A stretch of 64,000 nt of DNA from Narcine bancroftii (Eukaryota). Below, piece by piece: positions 40,766-54,100 of this stretch. The position numbers and the translations under genes are program-made. Under the pieces are notes generated by a model, which worked only from the letters and a program-made list of their open reading frames with translations, had not been told where the DNA came from and did no database searches. Position 1 is the first letter of the stretch. Each line of letters opens with the position of its first letter. Location of the stretch: positions 5,642,001 to 5,706,000 of the forward strand of contig NC_091480.1 of the NCBI RefSeq assembly GCF_036971445.1, read 5' to 3'.

Positions 40766-41159
40766 GATCTGGGATGTCGAGCTGTGAAGGCAGATGGCTT
40801 GATGTGTGGAGCTGGATTTGAGAGGAAAGGAAGACTGAAAGGTGGGAGAGGGAAAAGGAGGAGGGGAGGGAGGGAATAGGAGGAGGGGAGGGGAGGGGAG
40901 GGGCGGGCGGGCGGGAAAGAGCGTGTGCCTTTCTCCATTCCTACCTACCTACCTACTGCAGGGGAGAACCTACTGTCCCAGCAGGGAGGTAACCTGGGAG
41001 GCTGTCTCCACCTACTCCCTGCCAATCATGGCCCAGTATAAAGGCTCGTGCTTGCCCTTGTATAGGCAGTGGAGCACAGAATGGATGCTGAAGCTTGTGT
41101 GCCACTTTTAAGCTAATTAAAGCCTGTGGTACAACCTTTGTAGTTTGAGCTTGTTTGTT

Positions 41160-41790
41160 CGCACTGCAGCACATCACAAGAGAGGAGAAAGGGAGGAATT
41201 ATTGAAAAATAAATAAATTAGTGCAAAAGTGAAGTTTATTGTCATCCAGTTGTACAACCTGATGTAACAGAGTTCTCCAGTCCTCGGTGCAAGAAAAGTG
41301 AGTTCTTGTCTGTGGTTCATTGTCCGTTCAGAATCGAAAGGCAGAGGGGAAGAAGCTGTTTTTGTACCATGGATGGATCTCTTTCCCAATGGTAGCAGAG
41401 TGAAGAGGACAATGAGACGCAGCTTCATGTCAATATCCTTGACGGAGAGATGGCGCAGGGTGAGTTTACAGCTCTGATGCTTTTCCTGTACTGTTCATTA
41501 GCACCTCCATACAAGACACTGATGGAACCAGTCAGAATGCTCTCCATGGTACACACGGTAGAAATTTGCAAGTCTTCAGCGACATACCAAATCTCAATTC
41601 CTCACAAAGTATAGCTGCTGGCGAGCCTTCTTCATGATTGCACCAACATGGAGCCCCAGGATAGGTCCTTAGAGATGTTGAAGTTCTTAACACTTTCCAC
41701 TGCTGACTCTCGATGAGGACAGGTTTGTGTTCTCCTGATTTCTCCTTCTTGAAGTTCACAATCAGTTCCTTAGTTTTGCTCATGTTGAGT
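41160..41790 (-). mobile_element. Rex1/Babar LINE fragment
   Basis: LNMSKTKELIVNF and the characteristic 3' tail. Confidence 0.7.
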
Positions 41791-44289
41791 GCTTGGATTC
41801 CACTGGGACTGATATTGTGCTCTTGTTCTTCACTTATTGCCATATATATGTTAATGCTCACCTGCTCGCACAAGAACCCTTCTCACTGTTCGAGGTATAG
41901 TCTGACAAATAAACAAAAGTATTCTCTCTGTGGGACTTCCCCCCCCCCCCCCCCCCCAACTCTTGGTGAGACCCTCATAGGATTCCCTCCCCAGCAGTGC
42001 TCTGGCTGTGGGATCCCATAGACCCACCCACCTCCCACAGAATTCTCAGTGTGGGACCCACCCCTTCTCCCCCCAGTGCCGGGGGTGTGACCCCCCCACA
42101 TAGACTCAGCTGAAAAGCTATTCCATGCTGTCACCACTACTGGTCACCGACAGTGGCATGCTGAGGACCCGATCCCAACACCAATCCAGAAGGCACAGCC
42201 ATCAAGAGCTATGAGTTATTCCACACTAAATGCCTGTGACTATGGGTATAATCCACACAAAAAGTCTCTTCTTGTCAGAGAATTTGTTGAGTAAAATTTA
42301 AAAATGATGACACATGGAACTGGCCTTTGTAGGTCCAAGTAATATCACTATTGACATTGCTCCAAATGTAGTGAAAAGTGAATGTCTGCAAACTGTGATT
42401 GTTGTAAAAACACAGAAATCCTGGAGGAACTCAGCCGGTCTCACTGTGTCCGTAGGAGGTAAAAATATATAATATTCCTTGAGGAAGTCCTCAGTCTCGA
42501 AGCATCGGTAATATATGTTTACCTCCTATGAACGTTGCGAGACTGGCTGTGTTCATCCAGCATTTCTGTTTTTCATTGCTACAAATAAATGACTGCCAAC
42601 CTGCACTTCCCAATGTGTTGTCAGTCTCCATGGCTATATAAAGCCCCAGAGCACATTGTACATTTCTACAATCATGCTCCCATGTATCCCAGAGAAGGGC
42701 AATACCAAACTTAGGCTCATGAGTGTAATTTATATCAATAAAGCTCTTGGGGAAATATGTGCACATTGTGTGAGATCAAAATGTATAAATTACGAACTTG
42801 GGAATGGATGGACAAGAATGGGCTGTACAAGCCCCAACCCTGACCTGCATTCAATTACCATGGGGGTGAAACACAAAGGTTTGCAGATGATATGATTGTA
42901 AAAACACAGAAATGATGGAGGAACTCAGCCGGTCTTGCAGCGTCCATGGGCGGAATAATAGCTGATGTTTTGGGCCTGTGCTTCTTCATACCTGGAGGCA
43001 GGTCTCAGGCCCAAAAAGTTGGATATATATCTTGATCTCCCATGGACAATGCTGTGTGACGTGCTGAGTTCCTCCAGCATTTCTGTGCTTTTACTTTAAT
43101 TACATCACCTTTAGTATGGTCTTACTGATTGTTGTGGACAACACCGGCATCTTATTGCAATACACAAACATGCCAGAAAAACTCAGCAGGTCACACAGCA
43201 TCTAGAGGAAATAGAGGGGAACCAACATTTTGGGCCTGAGCCCATTGTCAAGATATAAGGAAAAAGCAGTCAGGTTGTCCGAATAAAGTAAATGTGGGAG
43301 AAGGGGGAGGGGGAAGAGATTAGGCTAACAAATAAGGAAAATTTCAAACTTGGGAGGGGAGGTCTCCAAAAGAAGAGGGAAGGGAGTCAGGAAATGAAGG
43401 AAAGGAGAGGTACAAAGAAAGCTCCTCGGTAAGGGGCTAAACAGAAGCCAGAGAAGTCGATGTTCATGCTGCTTGGTTGGAGTGCCCAGATGGAATATTA
43501 GGTGTTGTTCCTCCAAATTATGGCTAGCTGTAGTGTGTGGAGGAAGCGTGGCCTCCTGCCCATCTGGAATGTGTGTATTGCAGGTGGTCACGTGTCTTCC
43601 CCGTCTATAACTTATTTCCTGTAATTTTTTTTGCCATTGCTTGAGGCTGCCAGTTGTTTGAATTCCAGAAAACAGGGGTTCTACTGTATATTCTTCAACA
43701 AAACACAACCTGCTGGAGGAAGTCAGTGGGTCGAGCAGCATCCATGGAAGAATAGTCAAGGATTTGAGTTGGAACCATTTATCAAGACTCAGAGTGCAGA
43801 GGGGAGATCAGCAGGGGTTAGACTGGAGCCAGGAGGCATTGGTGAAATGGAAGGGTGAAGGTTGATGGACAGATGGGGTGAGGGCTGGAGTTGGGGGAGA
43901 GGCAATTGATTAGTAGGTGCCAAAGGGCTCAGAAAGGGGGAGGAACTTAGGCAGGGGAAGATGGAGGAGGGAGTTTAGTGCAGACAACACCCAGCAGTGC
44001 TGGAACAGATGCAAGGAGAGAAACAATGGTGACCAGGGCACAGAGTTCGAGGATTACCACCCGAAGTGAGACCACGTTTCCCTGCATCGAGAGGGGCATG
44101 AGTTGTTTACAATTGGCACCAATGCCTCATCCCACACATTGACTGTGAGACAGATGCTGAGGGTGTGTGTGTGTATCACGCTGGGAGTGGGCGTGTGAGA
44201 GACATGCTGGGTGTGTGTCTCTCTCTCTCCAGGAGGGTGCACGAGAAGCCAGGAGTTATCACCTGTGCACACACTCGTGCCCTGTCCTG

Positions 44290-44375
44290 TATGTACTCTC
44301 CCACACACTACTCGCCTTCACCCACACACCCACACACTCCTCTTCCCACAGAAGACCTTTAATCATACCTTTAAT
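44290..44375 (-). terminator. Probable AMDHD2 polyadenylation region
   Basis: Two ATTAAA hexamers (44375-44370, 44363-44358) followed by a GU-rich downstream tract; no AATAAA seen closer to the stop codon. Confidence 0.55.
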
Positions 44376-45017
44376 GTGACAGACGATCTGAAAAAGTCTA
44401 AATGGGATTAAAATACTGAGTGGTGAGACAAGGTCCACCTTGAGATCCACCCTCCCCTCCACATCGCCCTCACCTGCAGTCCTTTCACACCCTCAAGTAC
44501 ACAGGTACTACCCCAGCTACACCTGAAGGTTGGGTGCTTCATTTGGGTGGGGTGGGGTGGGGTGGGGGGGGGGGTCAAGAACTTGGGTGAAGTTGGGATG
44601 TAGGACATGACGTCTAAGGCAGGGCCACGTTAGCCCTGGGTGAGGCAGGGTTCGGACTTGCTGGAGTGCTGGGCCACCACACCATGTCTCCGGGAGCAGG
44701 GATCAACAGCAGTGAAGGTGTGGGAGAAGAATACCCAAGTCCCTCGGTGAGTGGGGGGAGAACAGGGGACCTGTGCCCCTTAAAGTGGGGATAATACCGA
44801 ACCCCCCCCCCCCCCACTCCCATTCAGTGTGGAGGAAGATCCACATTGTCCTGGTGAAGGGTGAACCCAGTTCAGCATGTTGGAATGTCACTGGATATAA
44901 AAAATTCATCCTGAAGACCCATGGGGATCTGGCAGGGTCCCTGTGCCGACTGCACACTGCAAGCCCAAGACTCGGACTCTCCAAACCGTTCTGCCCCAAG
45001 CAACCGGTATCTCCTGG

Positions 45018-45142
45018 TCAGAGCACGGGCACATCAGCCTCCTGGTCACCCGGTCTTCCAGTGCACGCACCATCCTTCCACACTAGCTCCCCAGCAATGT
45101 ACGTGCCCCGCACGTTCAGCTCCTGATCCAGCAACACCAGGT
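45018..45142 (-). CDS. AMDHD2: AMDHD2 last coding exon ([25 protein letters not shown]...DVPVL*)
   Basis: tttgcag| acceptor; TGA at 45020-45018. Confidence 0.94.
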
Positions 45143-48100
45143 CTGCAAAGTAAACCAGGAGTGGATTTAACCCCTCCATGCCCAGATTCCCTCAGCCTGT
45201 TCAATGGTCACAGGCCCTTTGGCTCAACTCATCCATGTTGGCCAAAACACTGAAGTTAACTAGTCCCACCTGTCATTGTTCGGCCCCTCTCCCTCTCACC
45301 CTTTCCTATCCACGGAACTGTCCAAATGTCTTTTAATCTCTGGGTGGGAAAAATAGCACGATTATAGCACCAGCGACCCATGTCTGCATGGGTTCCCTCT
45401 GGGGGCTCCGGGTTCTGCCCACCCTTCAAAATGTGCAGGGTTTGTAGGTTAATTAGTAATCACTAAATTACATGTAAAAATAAATTAAAATAAATGTCCT
45501 TGCCTTGACCACTTCTTCATTTCGCACACCTACGTGCAAAAACTAGCCCTTCAGTTTGCTTTGAAATCTTTCCACTCTCACTTTAAACCTATCCTCTCCC
45601 CTTCCCTGGATGAAATATTCTGACCATCAATCTTATCCACGCCCTTCGTGATTCTACAACCTCCGGAAGGTCACCCTCAGCCTCCTTCATGCCAGTCTCA
45701 TACCCAATCTCTCAATAACTCAGCCCCACCACTGACAGAACTTGAATCCTGGAGGTGTCCAGAGGGTGGGGGGTGGAGAATCACCCCCAACTCCCGCTGT
45801 GCTGGTGACCTGGCTTTCCCTCTCTCACCTGCGTCCGAGCCGTAGTCCAGCGTCCCCTTCGCATCCTGTATCCCCAGGAGCTGAGCGGGGTGCAGAGAAG
45901 CTGCCTCCAGCGCTGCCTCCACCGAGCAGCCTGTGAATGGGAGTGAAAGGCGGACATGATTTTGTGCTGCCCCTCCTGCTAGGAGCAGCATGGCTGGCCT
46001 GCTCCACTGCTACCTCCCTCGGCCTGGAGCTCCCCTCCGGACTAGGAACACCTCAATCTTGCCCAGGAAAACTCCCTCCTCCCCTCTGGCCCAGAAGCTG
46101 TCCCCTCCAGCCCAGGAATGCCCCAACCCAGGAACCCCTGGTCCAGGAGCCACGGTTGTGGGCAGAGCCACAGGAATCACTGGGCTGTGAACCCTGAACT
46201 TGGAGCAGTGATCACTCACCGACGAGCTCAGGATCACCAGCAGCCAACCCTTCAGGTGTAGCTGGGGTACTTGAGGGTGTGGAGGGACAGCAGGTGGGGG
46301 TGATGTGGAGGGGAGGGTGGGTCTTCAGGTGGACCTTGTCTCATTGCTCAGTATTTTAATTCCATTTCGTCTTTTTCAGATCGTCTGTCAAATTAAAGGT
46401 ATAATTAAAGGTCTGCTGTGGGAAGAGGGCCGTGTGTGTGTGGGTGAAGACGAGTAGTGTGTGGGAGAGTACATACAGGACAGGGCACGAGTTTGTGCCA
46501 GGGCCTTCAGCCCACCTAGTCCATGCCAACTGCCAAACACCCATCCACGCTGAGCAAACAGAGAAGCAGGAGGAGCTCAGTGGGTCAGCCAGCATCCGTG
46601 AAGGTGAAACCCTTCACCAAGACTCCATAAAGGGTCGTGACCACAAGGACATGAGAACTAGAAGTCCATCGAGTCTGCCCTGCCATTCAACACCATCACG
46701 GCCAATCTGGCTAGGACTCAGCTCCATTGACCCATCTGTTCCCTGAAACCCTTAATACCCCAACTATGCAAAAATCTATCGAACTGTACCTAAAATACAT
46801 TGAACAAAGGATCCTTGGACAGAGGATTCCACAATTTCACCACTCTCTAGTTGAAGCAGTTCCTCCTCATCTCTGACCTAAATCTCCTCCTCTGAACTTT
46901 GAGGCCAGGAGCAGAAGAATATAGGCCATTCAGCCCATCGAGTCTGCCCCACCATTCAATCATAAGTTGATCTATTTTCCCTGCTCTTATATTCGATTCC
47001 TCTTGAAATGAATGCCAGCATTGCACTTGCCTTCTTCACCACCGACTCCACCTGCAAGTTCCCAAGTTGTAGTCTCACCTGCCCTGGTAACAACTTTTCT
47101 TTCTGTTATCAATTCTTTTCACGATTTTGTCTTTCTGTAAGATCCCTTCTCATTCATCTCACCTGAATCAATGGCTGACCATCTCTCTCCAACAGACACT
47201 GCCTGTCCTGCTGAGTGCCCCCTTTTCTTATTGCTCAGGATTCCAAAATCTGGCATCTTCATGTCTCCATTTCAGATTCCTCCACTTGGGAAAGTGGTCA
47301 TTTAACCAAGCATCCCCTCCTATATCATCTGCTCGAAGGGGAGGGGCTGGGATTAGAACCCTTCTGACCCTGGGAGAGTCGGCACTGCCCTCAGCCCATC
47401 CGAGATGTAGCCACGGCACCCTTTGGTGGTGGGGGCTTAGCACTGCGGGCAGATTTCATGCCTCCCCCCCCTCCCCCACCCTGTCCTCCACCCCTCAGCC
47501 TGGACCTCACCTGCTGCCTGCCGTAGGTGCCGCACGCACTTGTCCATGGTGGCCACACTCCCACTCAGTGTCCTGGTCCCTGTGCGGAGGTCGGAGGGCA
47601 GGAGTCACTGTCTCAGGTCCCACGCTCCACACTGAGCTCACAATGTAGGCCTGTCCCCCACCCTCGGATACCTTCCAACCCCCCACCCCCATCTGCTGTA
47701 GCATCCAACCCCACCCACACTCCCTGCACCCTTCCAACTCTACTCCCCACTCTCCACCCATCAATCCCCACCCACCACCCTTTGCACCCTACCAACTCCA
47801 CCCCATCTGACTCTGTGCCCTACCAACCCCAGACCGACCCAACCAGCCCCAGCCTACTAAACACACCCACTCCCTTCCAGCCTCATTTGCCCTCCCCTAA
47901 GTCTCCTGTGTCCACTGTGAGGAGCCCCCACCACATGTTGATCCCTCCGTGATGCACCCCTTCCCACCATGGGTGCTCCCCGGGGAGGGGGGAAGAGGAA
48001 GGGGTAGGTGAGCTGTGGGTGCAATTCCCCTCACCTGCCACATAGGCATTTGCCCCATCAATGATGATCTCCTGCTGGCCCAGGGTGTGTCTGCCCGACG

Positions 48101-51100
48101 GAAGTCCCATCGCCATGATGGCATCACTCACCAGCACCAGACCTGCCATAGAAACGGGCATTAGGGGGGGTCTGGGTGAGGGTGAAGAGGGATGGAAGCA
48201 GTGGTGGGGGGGAGGGGAAGCGGAGGGCAGCAGTGGAAGAGGGAGGGAACTGGAGAGGGTGAAGGGAAAGGGGTGCTGAGGGAAGGGGAGTTTTGGGGGG
48301 CAGGCGTGCCGGGGAAGAGGAAGCCAAGGGAGTGAGGTGCTGGTGGAGGGTGATGGTGGGGGAAGGGGTTGCTGAGGGAAAGGAGGTGCTGGGTGGGGAG
48401 GAGGGTGTTGGGGAGAGGATATGCTGGGTGCGTCTGGACTGGCCTCACCTTGCGGGTGAGCTCTATAGGCGATCCTCAGGGCAGCCGGGTTGGTGTGGAT
48501 CCCGTCAGCAATCATTCCGTAGAAGACCGGCCGGCGGCTGGGGATTCGGTCACTGGTCAGCAGTCCAACAATGCCAGGGTCCCGATGGTGAAACTGGGGG
48601 TGTTGGGGAGAGGGGCTGGTGAATCTGACCAGAACCATGCCTTGGCTCCTGGAGGGAGGGGGCTCTGATCTACTCCACTCCACTGGGGGGTGGGGGGAGC
48701 AGACCCAACCCCTCCCACTCCACCCTCAGAAAACCCTCAACCACCTCCCCCCATTACAACACCAGCCGCCCCCACCCCCACAACTGCCAATTTCACAGCT
48801 CCAGTGGGTTCCCTACTGCTGCCAATATATACACAGGAAAATCCCCTCACTACTCACCCTCACCCACAGATCGACCCCCAACCCCCTCCTTCTACAGCCT
48901 CCCCCACTGCCTGCTTTCCCTTCCACCAGCTCAACCTTCCTCCCCTTCCCAGCTCTCTCCCTCTCCCATCTCTCCCCAGCACCTTTCACCTCCCCATCTC
49001 CCAACTCTCCCCATGCCCTTCTCTGTTCCCTCCCATTGCCCCAGCTCCCCCCTTCCCAGCCCCCTCCCTGGACTCACGGGCAGCATGGCGTTGAAGAGGT
49101 GAGTGATGAAAGTGGCACCGTGCCAGACGGCAGCTTCAGCCTGCGACAGGTCAGCCACTGAGTGCCCTGTCACCGAGAAACAGCAACATTCAACCCAATC
49201 CCAACACTCTGCTCTTCCCCTACCCCCACAGTGGGCTGGGAGTGCAAGGAAGGAACAAACAGACGTCAGGATAGAACTTGTACTGTTGGGCAGACCAGTG
49301 TGGTTCCAGGAAAGTCTTGTCCTGTTTGACAGATTTACTGGAGCTCTTTGAGGATGTAACAACTGCAGTGGATCCAGGGGAACAGGTGAGTGTTGTGGTT
49401 TTGGATGTCCAGAGGGTGTTTGACAAGGATGTTGGGGCTATTAGCACAGATAGAGGATTAGTTAACCAATAGAAGGCGGAGGATTGGGATAAATGGGCAA
49501 TGAGTGGAGAATGGAGTGTTCACGATGTATGTTAACAATGTGGAAGTGAGGACAGAGAGTCGTGTATCCATGATGATATAGAACTGAGTGGAAAAGCAAA
49601 TTGTGCAGAAGATGTAGAGAGGCTACAGGGAGATATGGACAGGTTAAGTGAGAGGGCAAAGGTCTGGCAGATGGAGGACAATATAGTTAAATGTGAGGTG
49701 AACCATTCTAAAAGGAAAAATAGATTATCAGATGATAATTAAATGGCAAAATGTTGTAGCACGCTGTTGGGGGACTTGGGAGTGCTTGTACATGAATCAC
49801 AAAAGGTTGGGCTGCAGGTCCAACAGGTGATCAAGACAGGGTAGGCATGGACAGAGTAGATGTAGAAAGGTTGTTTCTTATTGGAGGGAGAGTGTAGGAC
49901 AAGAGGGCAATCTTTAGGTTTAAAGGCTGTTTGCTTAAAATAGAGATGCAGATGATTTTCTTCAGCCAGACGGAGTTAATCTGTGGAATTTGTTGCCACG
50001 GGCGATTGTGGAGACCTGGTCATTGGGTGTACTTAAGGCAAAGATTGATAGGTTCTTGATTATCCATGGCATCAAAGGCTGGGCAGTGGGGCTGAGTGGG
50101 AAAATAGATCAGCTTATGATTGAATGGTGGTGCTGAATAGCCTAATTCTGTTCCAATATTTTCTGGTCTAAGACAACAAATGGAATGTTGGCCTTCATTG
50201 CTGGAGGGATTGAATTTAGGAGCAGGGAGATCCTGCTGCAACTGTACAAGTTACTGGTGAGGCCTCATGTGGAGAAATGCGGGTAGTTCTAGTCTCCTTA
50301 CTTGAGGAAGGATATACTGGCTTTGAAAGAGGGGGATCAACAGGTTAATTCCAGAGATGAGGTTGTGAGTCTATGAGCGAGGGATTGAGTCATCTGGGGC
50401 TGTACTCGCTGGAATTCAGATCTTAAGGAAAAATAACATTACAAAATCAATCCAGAAACAGGGAAGTTGTTTCCACTGATAGGTGAGACTAGAATTAGGA
50501 TTCAGGGGAATAGATTCAGGACAGAGTTGAGGAGGAACTGCTTTTCCAAGAGAGTGGTGAATCTGTGGGATTCTCTGCCCAAAGAAACAGCAAAACTCCT
50601 GATAGATTTTTGCATCTTTGGGGAATTAAGGGTCGTGGGGATCAGACAGGTAGGTGGGACTGAGTCCATAGACAGATCAGCATTGCTCTTATTGAACAGC
50701 AGAGCAGGGTCAAATAGGCTGGATAATGACCCGGCCTCCACAGATTCATCTCCCTCTGGCTGAAGAAATTCCTCCGTACACATCTCTATTCTCAGTGCCC
50801 GCTCTTCAATCTTGAAGTTGTGCTGACTTGTCCTCGACCAGTGGTTGTTAACCTTTTTCCTTCTACTCATAAGTAATCACTTACTAAGGGATGCCATAAG
50901 CACTTTGTGGCTATTAAGGGATTACTGAAGGTGGTTTGTGAGTAGAAAGATAAAGGTCAAGAACCACTGTCCCATACTCTCCCTCCGTGGGAAACAACCT
51001 TTCTACATCTACTCCGTCCACAAAATGTTTCAATGAGATCCCTCTCATCCCCTCTAAATTCCAACGAGTACAGGCCAAGAATTGTCAAATGTTCCTCATA

Positions 51101-54100
51101 ATGATAACCCTTTCATTCCCGGAACCCCCTCTGAACCCTCTCCAATGTCAGCTCATCCTTTCTGAAATGAGGAGCTCACAATCCTCACCAGAGATCTCAC
51201 CAGAACCTCAACATCACATCCCTGCTCTTGTATTCTATTCCTCTTGAAATGAATGCCAGTGTTGCATTTGGATAGCTATCTCCTGCTCCTGTCAATATGG
51301 ATGGGATACAGTGTGACCCCTCCCACCCTCCTCAGGACTGGTCAGAATGGGACCATGGCTTCCCTCTCCCCGATGGTACCACCCTTACCCAGCGAGACCC
51401 GGATTCCTCGTGAAACCAGCTTGTGGATCACCTCATCGCTTCTCTCCAGCTCGGGGGCCAGGGTGACGATGAGGGCGTTGTCCAACTGGCCGTAGGTGTC
51501 CAGAACATCCTGGAACCCGTGCCGCTCGAATGTCCGCAGGTGCTCCTCAGGGTGAGCCCCCTTCTTTTCTCGGCTGATGAATGGCCCCTCCAGGTGCAGG
51601 CCTGGGGATGGAGGGGCAGAGGGCACGGGGTCAGAGGGATCACACTGTGGGGCCCCCAGATCTGAGGCCACGGGGAGAGGGGGGGAAGAAGAAGGAGAGG
51701 AGAGGGTTGCAGGAGTAGAGGCCATGGTGTCATAGGGGTTGCGCCATGGGGTACCCACACCTTAGGCTGCAGGGAGGGGGTAGGGAAAGAGGAGGGGCCG
51801 AGGTGGAAGGATGGAGCGGGGTAGAGGTGAAGGGGTAGGGGAGAGAGAGAGGAGTGAAGAGCTGATAGAGATGACGGGCAGATAGGGAAGGGGCGGAGAG
51901 GGACGAGGGATGAGGGTGGAGCGGAGTGAGGGGGGGAAAAGAGGGGATGAGGGGCCGGGGGGAGGGCAGAAAGGGGAGGCACAGAGAGGAGGAAGGGGCG
52001 GAGGGGGAAGTGGCAGAGGGCCAAGGGGGTGGAGGGGGAAAGGGGTGGAGAGGCTGTTTCCTTGCATGGAAGAAAGTGGAACTCAGGGTCAACATTCAGA
52101 GGACTCAGTCAAAGGCACAGAGATGAGAAACAAGCCTCCGGCTGGATCTTCAGAACACTTCCCATCAGAGCAAGTAGAGTCTTTGAGTATTTTAAGCTCA
52201 GGGAGGGGTGAAAGATTAATGTGGGCAGGTAGGAAGCTGGAAGTGTGGTTACAGTCCCAACACCCATGAGCTGAATAACTGGGTGAGCAGATTAGAAAGG
52301 CTGAGTAGCCTTCTGTTCACAGTGTAGGTTGATGTGAGCGGGAGGGAGGGTTTTTGAACATTCTCCAACCCCCACCCTCCTCCCTGTCACTCTCCCCTCC
52401 AACTCCTACCTACTCCCCTCCCACTCCTACCTACTCCCCTCCCACTCCTACCTACTCCCCTCCCACTCCTACCTACTCCCCTCCCACTTCTACCTACTCC
52501 CCGCCCCTCTCCCCTCCCTTAAAGCCCTTACCCCTGTCCCCTGCCCCTCTCTATGACCCCTGCTCCCTAACCTACCAGTCTCCCTACCCCTCCCTCATCC
52601 CTACGCACTCCCCTCCCTCAGTCCCTGCCCTCCATACAACTGCTCCCTTCCCTCCCAGTCTCCCTCATCCCTCCCCCCACCCATATCCCTCCGGTCCCTC
52701 AAACCCCCGCCAATTCCCCTTTCCCCGCAGCTTCCCCTCTGCCCCTTCCCCTCCTTTGATGATCTCACCACCCCCCTCCTCGTCCCTCCTTGTGATCCCT
52801 GCCCCCTGCTTCCCAGTCTTGTGGACAGCTGAGAGGAAGTCCACCCTCCATAAACCCATCCACTCACCGAGGACCCCTGCTCCACCGAGCCCTCCCTCCT
52901 GCACTTCTATCTGAGGAATGATCTGTAAAGAGTTAAAATTAAATGTTAATGTTTTTTGGAGAAACATTAATAATTCTACAAGATATCTTTTCTTGCCTGA
53001 CTCCAGAGTCATTTTTGCTGATGTTCGACAACCACCCCCCCACATCCACCACCAGTCGCACGTTTCCCCAGCAGTGTCAGCAAGGACATGTTTCCCTTCC
53101 CTTCCCCAGATCTTCCCATCATCTGTCCCCATCCACCATTCCTCCTTCCTCTCGTTTGACCATCTCTCTGCCTGCCTCCTTTCACCATCTCTCTTTCCTT
53201 TTGTTAGACCATACCTCCACCTGCTTCCTTTCATCATCTCTCCGCCTGCTTCCTTTCACCGTCTCTCCTTCCTCTCATTCGACCGCCTCCTCCCACTATC
53301 TTTCCTTCCTCCCGTTCAACCATCCCCTCCTCCCTCATTCCACCATCCCTCCTCTTGCCTCCTTCTACTATCAATCCTTCCTCTCATATGTCAATGTCTT
53401 CCTGCCATTCCAGCACTTCCTTCCTCCCCTCCATCCATCCTACTGTCCCTTCTCTCGCCATCACACCTTCCTGAGGTTCTTTCCTCTATAACCCTCTCAC
53501 CTCACCTTCCCCTGCCCTCATGGTGGGAATGGTGCCACCATTGCACGCACCTGGTGATACACGGAAGGGGGTGAGGTGATCAGGGTGGGACAGAAGGATG
53601 TCACCCCAGTGGATAGGAGCTTCTTGGCCACACAGGAAACGCCGTGCCTCACACTGGCCGCAGCAGAGGAGAAGTCAAACCCGTAACCGCCTGCAACACA
53701 GGCACCATCAGGCAAAAACCCCCAACCCCCCCTCATCTGCCCCTCATCTCCATCTCCCCTTCCACCCCCTCCCCCACCACCCCCACCCCTCTCCTCCCCC
53801 ACACACTGCACCTTCCCCCCCCCCCCCCCCCCCCCAGGATGCAGAGTCTCCCTCTGACAGAAGGGTCAGGTGCAAAAGGCCTGAGATTGGGTGGGGGAAA
53901 TACAGGGGCGGGGAGATGGGGGATCTCAGGGCTCTGGTGAGGGAGGGACTGGTACATGAGCCGCACGTTCTCCCAGCTCTCCCGGAGGACAGGGGCATCA
54001 TTCACTCACCGTTAATCTGTGTGTCGATGAATCCTGGTGCAACAATGCTGCCCTCACAATCCACCTCAATATCTGTGAATCCTTTCTCATCGAAGAACAA

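Larger units (their letters stand above)
44273..46492. repeat. Inverted duplication of about 250 bp (arms 44273-44533 and 46244-46492)
   Basis: The arms are reverse complements; the outer ~57 nt differ at one position. Confidence 0.92.

Noticed and set aside
45983-46197. Small plus-strand ORFs in AMDHD2 intron 9 as a CEMP1-like nested protein gene
   Set aside because: No recognisable similarity; kept only as a possible non-coding antisense exon.
52380-52500. YSPPTPT heptad repeats resembling the RNA polymerase II CTD
   Set aside because: A short 21-bp intronic tandem repeat, antisense to AMDHD2, with no supporting exon structure or polymerase domains.
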